64,000 nucleotides of DNA, from the NCBI GenBank assembly GCA_001949185.1, contig BDGG01000003.1, positions 562,679 to 626,678 of the forward strand, in the 5' to 3' direction. Of this stretch, positions 39,103 through 50,169 are shown one piece after another. Below the pieces are notes generated by a model. That model saw nothing but the letters and a program-made list of their open reading frames with translations. It had not been told where the DNA came from and did no database searches. Source of the stretch: Ramazzottius varieornatus. Its lineage: Eukaryota; Animalia; Tardigrada. The position numbers and the translations under genes were made by a program. Position 1 is the first letter of the stretch; each line of letters opens with the position of its first letter.

Positions 39103-40843
39103 ATGTCACACGAAAAAGAAGTCTTACAGAACTACGGTCTGCTGGATCTCCTAAAGAGTGACGAGAAGTTACGGCTGGAGACGGAGCAGTTGGCGAAAGA
39201 CGCTGCAGCGTGTCTTGGGCTCGCTCTGAAAGATGCTGAACTCCCCGACGCTTTCGGCTCTGTCCCGGTCACCCTGCTACCTTCCGTGACATCACAACAA
39301 GCCTTGAAAGATGTTTTAGACTTACAGAAAGACATCAACGTAATGATGCACAAAGTTTCACATGACCAAGAATTCCTCACGACAGCCCTAGCTGGCGTCT
39401 CTTCCGTCGACAACTTCATCCGTCATCTTCTCGACATCTACAATAAGATTGACATAGACTCCCAATATGAACTCGAGTTTATTCGCAGTGACTACCTTTT
39501 ACACTGTGATGGGACCGAGTTGAGCTTCTTAGACGCTGTCAGGAAAGGCATTTACAAACAGGTCGAAGTCAACATGATTTGTATCGCCTTCGCTGGGCTG
39601 TCTTCTAAAATGAACGATGTGCATGAACGAGTACTGAGGTTCCTGGGTGGTACACCGATCTCCAAAGAACCCTCGGGGAATGTTTTGGAGCTGTATGGAG
39701 CCACGATGGCGAAGGCGAAAGAGATTTACGAGAAGGTGCATCCGCCGGCGAAAGGAAGACCCCAGATTCTTCTGACCGTTATCCACAAGGATGAGCGGAA
39801 TGTGATGGACCAACGGATGGTGGAGTTTAAGTCGGGGCTGACCTGCCTAAGAAGGACGTTCCAACAGATCGCGGAGAAGGGAATACTGGAAGATGGAAGG
39901 CTGATTGTTGAGGACAAGGAAGTGGCCGTTGTGTACTATCGCACTGGATACGCTCCTCGTTAGTTGATTTCCCTTGCACATTTGAGCCATCTGCAGCAGG
40001 AATCAGACTTTTTTCACCTTCGTACCTGTTCGACATAATTTTCTTTCTATTCTTTTCTTCAATTTTTCTGTCGCGACGTCACTACGAGCGCCTCGGAAAT
40101 ATTACCGAAGCACCGCATTCTAACACCTGTTGTTCTCCTCTGATTTCTTGCTTATGGTTCTGTATGTCTTTACAGCTCACTACGAGTCAGAAAAGGACTG
40201 GGATACGCGGCTGATGATCGAACAGTCTTTTGCATTGAAATGTCCCAGTGTGGCGCACCAGTTGAGCGGGTTCAAGAAAATCCAGCAGGAACTGAGCCGT
40301 CCGGAAGTCCTCCAGAAGTGCGAAAGTTTTAGTTTCTGGGTAATTTGATTTTGAATAACCCAGACTTGTTTTTCTTATAGGTATGTGTCCAGTAAGTCCG
40401 TCCAAGAAGCCATGCTAAAGACCTGCGTGGGTCAATGGGATGTTAGTTCGCCACATTCCCGAGAAATGGTCGACAAAGCCATGGCTCATCCCGAGCTCTT
40501 CGTCCTGAAGCCCAACCGCGAAGGTGGAGGTAACAACTTCTACGATGCCGCAGTGGTGAGTAAACTGAGAGAAGTAGTGGGGACTGACCAAGCGAAAGAG
40601 TTCATTCTGATGGAACGCATCCTGCCTCCTCTTCAAGAGAACTACCTGGTGAGACCGACGGGGTTGCTCTTGGTTCCTACCGTCAGCGAGATCGGCGTCT
40701 TTGGCGCAATTATTACGAAGGGTAATGACGTCTTGGTGAACGAGTATGCTAAAGATGTGCTGGTCAGAACGAAGGCTTTCGATGTGGGAGAAGGTGGTGT
40801 GGCGACTGGCTATGCATGTTTGAGCTCCGCCATGGTTTTATGA
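39103..40843 (+). CDS. GSS: Glutathione synthetase, eukaryotic type (exons ~39103-39958, 40175-40318, 40381-40843)
   Basis: [47 protein letters not shown]...[40 protein letters not shown]...EGGVATG. Confidence 0.96.
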
Positions 40844-41289
40844 ATAGGCTTCTGTTTGGCTCTTCACAAATGGTACGGTTTTGATCGCATCTTTTCTATT
40901 CCCGGCTTTCCCGTATTGTTCCTCTATCGTTTCCTTTTTCGACACATTTCAATCTGCTTGACACTATTTCGCAAATTAATACTTTTATGATCTTGTCCAT
41001 GTTGGAAATTATGGATATCAACTGACCGAAACTCGAACATAATGCAACATTTTTCGGCATCTTGGTTTCCGACGGGTCATCGATTATTAGTAATGAAAGT
41101 TACATCGTTTGTTCATCGACGTTGTACTCGTGGGATGAGGGTTTATGCCGCTGTCCCGGTGTTTGGTTTGGAAAGGGATAATGAGCAAACAAGTACATGG
41201 AAGCCATGCATAATTCAGCCTTTCGTCACTGGACCTCAGATGAGGTACGACGTCTCCGGTGTGCTTTCCGGCCTTGCCCATCGTGAAGA

Positions 41290-41333
41290 CACAACCGGAA
41301 TGGTTGGAGTCGACAACCGGAATGGTTGGAGTC
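41290..41333. repeat. 22-bp direct tandem duplication
   Basis: ACAACCGGAATGGTTGGAGTCG twice. Confidence 0.85.
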
Positions 41334-41446
41334 GGCTACATTACTTTCTGACTACACACTTTCCTCTCAGCGTCGTCGATGTCGCAGTTCCAACTTGTCA
41401 GTCTTTGGAACCTTCTTCCGTTAGCCTGTGACCAGTTGGAGACGCA

Positions 41447-42633
41447 ATGGCTGGGCTTCCGCCCCGTAATGCCACACACGCTGCCTTCGGAGCCCACGGC
41501 CCAGGAGGACCGCATGGAGCCCACGGTCATAGAGGCCTACACGGCTCGATGCACGGTCGTGCCAGCCATCATCCTCAAGGCCACGGAAGTCTCCATCCTA
41601 ACGGTTCGGCACACCACCACACGGTACATATCGAGAACCACCATAAACCTCGAATCAAGTACCGACCCGGACTGTACGCTTTGGCCTGCCTGCAGTTTAT
41701 CGGCGGACTGCTTTTGCTCAACTTTGAAGCCATCAGTAAGTCAGCCGAAAGTTTTTGTGCAAAACGATATACTTGTGGCTTACGAAAATTCTTTATCATG
41801 AGGAAGGAATATTGAAGGATTATTGATTGTGGTTGTTTCCGTAGGTTCTGTCATGTACAGAGCATCGGAGAGCGACATTCTTTACGGCGTGGAATTCGCC
41901 GGCCTTTACGTAAGCGTTTTTACAATGGTGACCGGCATCGTTAGCATGTTGACTATCCGCAAACACGCTTCCCCGCGAGTGCGTATGTGCTGTTTCGCTT
42001 CCGACATCATTATGACAACCTTTCTCGCTATACAAACCTTCGCCATGTGTTGTGCTTCCGGTGCCATGTTGGCATTCTACACCATCTCATGGGACACGGT
42101 AAGAAATCTTCTGACTAAATAAATCATTTTCGACTACGACTGCGACTACGAGGAAACATCAAGTTACTCCGTTTTCGCAGGTTTTGGGTTTCGTCAATCG
42201 AGTTAGCGCAGCCGCTAACCTGAACCTGGCCGTGGGCACTTCGACGACCACGCTAGCGCCAACACTGATGCCGTCTTTCGTCCAAGCCGAGCTGCAACAA
42301 GACCACAATTTACTGATCGGTCTACGTTGCATCCTTTTCGTTCTGTACTTTGTTCTGTTTGCAAGTTCGGTCATCGGTTCTTGTCTGAGTTGTTGTAATT
42401 ACTGCAAGTGCTGGGCTGGTACGGGACGACCCACTCCACACGGAAGTCCTCAACCTCAAGTCGGCCATCATCATCCTGGGTCTACGACGCACATCAGCGC
42501 CATTACAACAGCGGGACCTCACGGCGTTACGAAAGAGGTTGAGAAGATCGTGATACCGGAGACGGAACCGGTGGCCGCTGAGGCCGGTGAAAAGAGCGGA
42601 CACAAAAAGCACCATAAGAAACACAAAAGCTGA
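41447..42633 (+). CDS. Four-TM membrane protein (MS4A/CD20-like topology) with His/Gly-rich termini (exons 41447-41735, 41818-42098, 42181-42633)
   Basis: Four hydrophobic segments, Cys cluster after TM4 (SCLSCCNYCKC), His-rich N-terminus and HKKHHKKHKS tail; splice phases consistent. Confidence 0.75.
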
Positions 42634-43700
42634 CAGCCGAAAATTTTATTGAAGTTGATACACCATGCAGTGTGTTCGAACAGAAATGCTTAATTCTATC
42701 CTTACCGGCTCGGTAACGTACTGTACGTGGGAAATCATACCGCACACGTGGCGTGCAGCGTGTTGTTAGTTGTGGTCGAACAATCAAAGCACGAGATCTC
42801 CAGCGGGAGTGAACCATGATTGATGGCTCGCCATGAACGAATAACTGCGCATATGGCTTGTAATCTGGAGTTTTCATGACAGGCGTCTCCGAAAATTAGG
42901 CACAGCAAGCCAGATGTGGGACAATGTGGGCACAGTGCACTCAGTACTCAGTGTACAGCAGACTCACCGGAAGTAGTACGATGACCGAGTGCCACTTGCC
43001 GTCTTGACAGAAGGTGGATACTTCCTGCAGCGTTCCGAACAGCTAAAAGCTGAAAATTTTGCAAAAAGAGGGACGGGACTTGCGCACGTCTGGTGCGGTA
43101 ACATGCCTGTTTCGTACATGGCCGCTGAGGTGCTGACACTCAGCGTCTTCTGGAGACGGGCAAATTTCCCCATATATGCGCCGTAGAAGATTTTTCGCAG
43201 CGGTCAAGACGGCAGGGATTGGTGAAATTGGGCAGTCGGCCTTTCTTATCATCGTCCTCTAACTAGCCAATCATAAATCAGCTTCGAGAATGGAATGATG
43301 GTCCCAAACCCCCAGGACGTATTGAGGTTGGCCGGACAGGGCCGCCAACTTTGCAGAAGTGCAATTTTCTTCCGAAATACTAATACCGTGAAACATTGCA
43401 GATCCGCAATCAATTTTGTTCAACAATTTTAGAAATCGCAGATCTGCAATTTTGATATTCTAAAAGTTCCGCGAGTGCAGAGTTGCTCCTCTCAATACTG
43501 TACGACGTTGGTTTGCCCCTTCAAACCAGTTGATCAGCCCGACAGCTTGATTGGCTGGCCCAACCCAATTCGCTAACTTTGACGTTGTCGACGAGCGCGC
43601 TTCCGCTCGCGTGTTTTCTTCCATCTTCTGTTCTACCTCGTCCATACCCGCACACTGCTCACCTGTGTATTAATCCCTTTCGCAATTGTGATCGTGCACG

Positions 43701-46700
43701 ATGGGAACGCTCTTCCGCAGCCAGGAGATGGCGTTGTGCCAGTTCTTTCTCCAGTCCGAAGCTGCCTACTGTTGTACTGCTGAGCTGGGCGAGATTGGCG
43801 CTGCGCAATTCCGCGACGTAAGCCCGAAAGATTTTTTCTCTTCAGGTTTACTGGTGTGGAGCCTAGCTCTATGATTTTTGACAGCTCAACAAAGACATCA
43901 ACGCATTCCAGAGAAAATTCGTCAACGAGATTCGCCGTTGCGATGACATGGAACGTATACTGCGTGAGTATCATATCCGTCATCGATTGTTGATTAATGG
44001 GGTGTTTTAATCGTGGGAAATCTTCAAGAGATTCGAGATGTCCAGAACCATCTGACTTTAGGTTTTCTCGAGAAGGAATGTCAGAAAGAAAAAGTTCCGG
44101 TGTTACGCTTAGGAGAGAATCCGATGGCGCCGATGCCGCGTGAGTTGGTCGACCTGGAGGTAGGCGGATAATGTTGACTTCCACATTCATCTCTGTACCA
44201 TTCCGACCTTTGATCTCGGGCATGGCGCACTGTGCAAAATTCTTTTGTTCGAGCTAATCAAGCGCTTGAAAGAGATAAGATAGGGCTGTGGGGGCATTCA
44301 CTAATCTTCTGCTTACGTGGATAGTTTTGTAGAGTACGCTGGAAAAGTTAGAACGAGAAATCAAGGAAGTCAACGTCAACTTCGAAGCGTTGAAAAGGAG
44401 CAATTTAGAGCTGCTGGAGATGAAATACGTCTTGAAGAAAGCACAACAGACATTCGAACTGGTAATACTGTATAACGGTAAAACCACGCATAGAAATATC
44501 AAATATTCCAAAGACGGGAAAGCAGTCCGAAAACGGTGCACAGCTAGATTTGCGGTACTCCATAGTGGGAATCTTTTGTTTATTAGGATGGAATGGCCGT
44601 GTTGAATCCGGAGAGTAAAAGCGACACGGAACTCTTGGGTACCGGCCACGACGCGACACAAGTCCATCGCGGAGTTCACATAAGTTTCTTAGCGGGCACG
44701 ATACCCTTGATCAAGGTGGAGGCATTTGAGCGACTCATTTGGCGCATTTCCCGCGGGACGGTCCTGCTTCGAACCAGCAACATTGAGTTTCCATTAGAAG
44801 ACCCGGCCACAGGGGATGAAATCCTCAAAGCCACGTTCTTTGCCTTCTTCCAAGGCGACACATTGCGCGTCAAGATCCGAAAAGTTTGCGAAGCGTAAGC
44901 ATGCCCCTGAGCTCGTACCTCCTCGCCCTCGGTCAGTACAAAACTTTACTCTGCGTGGTTCCGACAGCTTTCGAGCAACAATTTACCCCGTACCCGATTC
45001 ACCAGCCGAGATTCGCGAAATGTCGATACAAGTCATGACACGACTTGAAGACCTCAAAACGGTAAGTTTCAAAGTACAGTGTTGTGGGCTGCCACGGTTC
45101 ATAACTATGGACTTTTTTCTATAGTTGATTGGTCATACACAGCAGCATCGCCACATGGTACTCTTGGCATCTGCCAAAAATCTGGACTTGTGGGAAATTA
45201 AAGTGCAGAAGATCGAGGCGGTGTACGCCTTGATGAACTGCTTCAACATCGACACAACGCAGCGCTGCTTCATCGGCGAAGCGTGGGTCCCCCATCAGGA
45301 CATGGAGGCTATTCGCCTCGGTCTTCTTCGTGGCTCGGTATACACTTCACCTTCCTGCGATAGGATTAATTTTCTGAAAGTAATTTTTCCTTTGTCTGTG
45401 TTGGATAGGAAAAGGCGGAATGTAGTGTACCGTCGTTCATCACGCCGATCAAAACCGCGGAGACACCACCGACATATCACAAGACGAACAAATTTACTTC
45501 CGGCTTCCAGGCGATCGTGGATGCTTACGGTGTATCCACTTATCGGGAAGTAAATCCAGGTACGGCAAAAGCATCCAACATGATTTTCGAAGACCGAAAA
45601 TAGATCCAAATTGGGAAGAAAAACAGTGGCCGGATTTCCAATTATATTAATTTTCTATTCAGCCACAAAAGTACAAAAGTGACTCTGCCGCGAGTCGAAC
45701 GCGGAATCTCCTGATTCGTAGTCAGGCGCCTTAACCATTGGGCCACAGAGCCTTAGTATAGACGTTTCTCCTGAATTCTTCTGTTCGCTTGTAGCGCCAT
45801 TCACCGTGATCACGTTCCCGTTCCTGTTTGCGGTCATGTTTGGTGATGCCGGACATGGATTCATTATGGCATGTCTGGCGGGCCTGCTGTTGTGGAAGGA
45901 GAAAGCCATCATGGCTAAACGAGACAAGGGCGAGGTGCCTTGATTATTCAATTGAGAAATCCATGCCGGCTTTGTCGATTTTTTGCACAATTCCTCATTA
46001 AGAATTTGCCGAAAAATTGCCACTACCATTCCAGATTGCCACTACCATTTTCGGTGGACGCTACATCATCTTCCTGATGGGTCTCTTCAGCATCTACACT
46101 GGTCTCATCTACAACGACATCTTCAGCAAGTCTTTCAATATTTTCGGCTCACGGTGGTATCCTCGAACCAGCATTTACAAGTATGTGTACTTTCGACGTG
46201 TTTTTTCAACCTCCCACTTTCTGTCTTTCTGGAAGGTACCTGGAGGAATTAAAGATTGCACTGTCTTATTTCTTGTTAGTCTGACTATGGAGGCTGACAA
46301 GCTAGCTGGAGCCACCTTCCAGCTGGACCCGACGCCCAACGCGCTTCTCGGGTCGGATTACCGGTACGAAGGGCGCTACTCCATCGGCGGACCGTATCCG
46401 TTCGGCCTCGATCCGGCCTGGGCAATGTCCAGCAACAAGATCAATTTTATTAACTCGTACAAGATGAAGATGAGCGTCATCTTCGGCGTCTTTCATATGG
46501 CGTTCGGCATCGTCCTGAGCTGCTTCAACCACACGTAATCAAATGCTCAAAGAAATTTACTCGATATTGACATTTGATTCAAACAAAATTTCAGTTCCTT
46601 TACGGGGTTTTTTTCCCAGGTATTTCAAGCGACGAGTCAATATCATTTGCGAATTCATTCCACAAATGATCTTTCTGATGTGCATGTTTGGGTACTTAGT

Positions 46701-47949
46701 CATCCTAATCTTCTACAAGTGGACCAAGTTCGACGCCAGTACCAGTGGTTGCTCACCAAGCCTCCTCATCGGTCTTATCAACATGTTCCTCATGAAGAAC
46801 GAACCAAACCCCAAAAATCAGGATGGAACTGAATGCCACATGTTCAAGTTTTACAACTCGCAGGTAATGAAGCCGAATCCCATCCGACCATGATGTCTTC
46901 ATTTACCGAGAAATGCCCCCAAAAACTGTCGAAAATCCCCGAATAAGATTCCGCAATTGCGTTCTCTCATTCCAGGAAAGTCTGGAAAAGGCGTTGGTGG
47001 TCGTCGCTGTTCTCTGCTTTCCCTGGATGCTCCTTTCCAAGCCGCTATATCAGAGGTGGCGCCAAGGGGTAAGAACGAGAAACATCGCTTTTCCTGTGAG
47101 TCTGTCGTTCCTCACAAGTGCCCTCTTTCCTGCAGCCTTGATGTTTATCTTTCCTTGAACCTTTCATTCTCCTTTTCAGCGAGTAGCTTACTCGACCGTC
47201 CGAGCAGCAGGTTCAGACACAGAATCCGTGGAGTCTGGCCAGAGCAGAAGCCCCACCTCTGTACCGGACGAAGGCGGACACGGGGATGGACACAACGAGG
47301 TAGCATAGCCGAATCCACTTTCATAAAACTCTTTCGTTTATCCGCCATAGAATCTTCATTTTCGATTTGTGATACGTCAATTGAGTCTCGCGGAGATTTT
47401 TTCGTTTAGGGTTTCGCGGACGTGATGATCTATCAAGGCATCCACACCATCGAGTTCTGCCTCGGTATCATCAGCAACACGGCATCCTACCTCCGACTTT
47501 GGGCGCTGAGCTTGGCTCATTCCCGTAAGAGCACTTCTGACTTTCTCCGAGCTTATTCCACAAGTCTGATGGTTTTCGTGCAGAGCTTTCGGAAGTATTA
47601 TGGAACATGGCTCTGCGCAAAGGCTTTATGATGAATAACATTGGTGGAGCAATCGTGCTTTTTACCATTTTTGCCTGGTGGGCGTGCGCCACATTTGGCA
47701 TCCTCATTTGCATGGAAGGTTCGTTTCCTCCCTCCTCCTTTTTCTTCGGTGGTGTAAAGAAAAGCATACTAGTGGGTTTTTTCTGGTGGCACTTGTTCCT
47801 CTTTTTTTCCAGGGATGAGTGCCTTTTTGCATGCTCTGCGCTTGCATTGGGTAGAATTTCAGAATAAATTCTACCAGGGAACCGGTCATGCATTTGAGCC
47901 TTTTGATTTCAAGAAGACCCATTCAACCGCAAGATTGGACCAAGATTAA
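43701..47949 (+). CDS. ATP6V0A1: V-type proton ATPase 116-kDa subunit a (multi-exon)
   Basis: [142 protein letters not shown]; paralog assignment approximate. Confidence 0.96.
45680..45752 (-). tRNA. tRNA-Arg (anticodon ACG), antisense in a V-ATPase intron
   Basis: GGCTCTGTGGCCCAATGGTTAAGGCGCCTGACT-ACG-AATCAGGAGATTCCGCGTTCGACTCGCGGCAGAGTCA folds as a cloverleaf with A/B boxes and is followed by TTTT. Confidence 0.93.
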
Positions 47950-48181
47950 TGTGACGTCCTTTATATTTCTGTCTCCTAATTTCTGTGATTGACGTTTCAA
48001 CTTTTGCCTGATTTTAATTTTGTAACAAACACGTGAATTTCATGGCTTTTGTCGATCTTTTCAATTTTTCTACTGCAGCACACGGCCCAAACGATTGTGT
48101 ATGAGAAACGATAAATTTACTTTATACGAAATTTCAGCTGGAGAGATTAAGAAAAGGATTTCAGAAAGACTAGCGCATATG

Positions 48182-49697
48182 CTAAAACGAAAAGATGGAA
48201 TCGGCAGGGGTGCTCTGGCTGGTCAAAGGTCCTTCTTCGCCCGTCGAGTCACCGTTAGCAGGACGTTTATTCTTGACAAAGGGCTGATGCAGGATATCGT
48301 GCAGTCGTTTCGCCTAAAGAACGCGTACTTAAATTCCATGCATATACAGTGCATAAGAGAGTTACGATGAATTGCAGACCTTCTGTACACCGAAACCCGG
48401 AAGCAGCGCCAGCTCTTCTTCAGATGCCTGCGTTATTCCATGAACCGACTGAAAGAAGCAACAGTGAGACCCACGACGATCTTCTCCCATCTACTTCACT
48501 TGCTCACCTTGAAGTTGCTCGATAAGGTCTTTACGTCAGTCTTGTTCACAGATTTGACGGTCGTCAAGGCCTCCGTCAGCTTCAAAGAAGAAAATACACG
48601 GTCAAAAATTTTCGGACAAGAGCCAGATGCGATTTCTGCAAGCGCTTACCTTGGACATGTAGTCGCCTTCCACGTGACTCTGGATCATATCTGCGGGCTT
48701 GTTTTCGTAGATTTTGTACAACTCCAGATATTTACCGGCCTCTTCTGAACTGCAAACTCCAGATTATTAATAAATAAATGCGGCAATAATTTACAACTAT
48801 TCCTCTAAGTCAATCAAACAGCAAATTTACCTCCAAGCCGGGATTAGCGTGACTTCCACAAGGATAGCCATCTTAGAGAGTTCTTTCAGAGGATGATGTG
48901 GGTCTTTCTGTGGAAAGGGAAAACGTGGTGGATCACAGAAGAGGTAATTTCGGCAAGGTGATTCCTGACTCTTACCACATCTATAAGAACGAGGAGTATT
49001 CTGAGATCGAAGGATTTGCCCAGCGCTTTCAGTCGTTCGTGGATGTATTCCGGGTTGAGATTGTGGTATTTCAAGCTATAATGAAAACCTTTAGTCGGAG
49101 TGCCAAAGTTCACAGACGCGGAAATAACGAGCAGAAGCAAATTTTCCGTATTTTAACGAGATTTCCCCTCGAAATTTTCAGAAATCTACCTGAGAAATAA
49201 CGCACAGGTGGAAGCGCCCATCACGTAGTCTGCCACAACGTCGCCATACTCCCACGGAACGTTACGGATGCTCTGCAGGATAGGATTACCTTTTTGCCGT
49301 TGACTTACGATAATACTGTTGCCCGAGGAGGAACCGGAAGACTTCGAGGATGATGGTACAGCAGAGCCAGTGCCTAGAATTGAAACAAAAATGTTCCACG
49401 TTGATTCGATCAACTAGCGCAGTGCTAACCAACAAGCGTAAACTACGACCTGGACCATTTTGTAAAAAGGCCAAAGTGACCTGAGTAAAGTATACGGACG
49501 AGCTTGCCTGGGTTAGGTTGCCTTGGTCCGGGGTTTCTTACGTTTGGGGTGGCGTGGACAGCTGCTGGAGGCATTCGCCATCTTACTGGGTCCGGGGCGA
49601 AGGGTCTGAGAGGTCCAATCTGAGGAACGTGAGACGATGGCGGCCGGTTTGGTCGGGTTTGTCCTGATGACGGTGCTCGCACTTCTCCGTTAGACAT
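48182..49697 (-). CDS. ERCC1: DNA excision repair protein ERCC1 (multi-exon)
   Basis: [101 protein letters not shown]. Confidence 0.96.
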
Positions 49698-49946
49698 GAT
49701 CAACCGTACGAACCAAGACTGGCCTCAGAGCGCTGCTTCGAAAGCCCAAGAGAACACACGGAAACTCACCTTTCAATGTTGCGGACAGCTCGACAAGATC
49801 ACCAGAGAAGGAACCATGCAAGTAGCAAGCAGCATTGAAAAGAAGAATCGGATTTTATCGCCAAGACTCAAGGTAAAACGGTCAAATGAGCAGAAAGCTC
49901 GTTGGCAATCAACCGAATGAAAAGTGTTCGGTTTGCGACGTATCGA

Positions 49947-49964
49947 GGTGACGTCACCGGAAGT
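49947..49964. promoter_or_regulatory. CRE palindrome plus ETS site in the ERCC1/NEDD1 bidirectional promoter
   Basis: GGTGACGTCACC overlapping CCGGAAGT, midway between two divergent ATGs ~470 bp apart. Confidence 0.5.
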
Positions 49965-50169
49965 TACTCTTTGTTGTGGTTTCTCATTCTCAAGTTCTCA
50001 ACCTCAATTTTCAAAAATCAAAATTCAAACGGAACCAGCATTCTTCAGTTCGGCTATAATTCTGTTCGGAATGGGGAATCGGGACATCTCTTGCCTTGAA
50101 AGTCACCCAGGGGTAAATACTCGTGTAAGCTACTGATATTTGGTTTGGGAAAGCGTAGATGACTGCAGG

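Noticed and set aside
39103-40843. Horizontally acquired GSS
   Set aside because: Motifs are eukaryotic-type and the gene has spliceosomal introns; nothing points to bacterial origin
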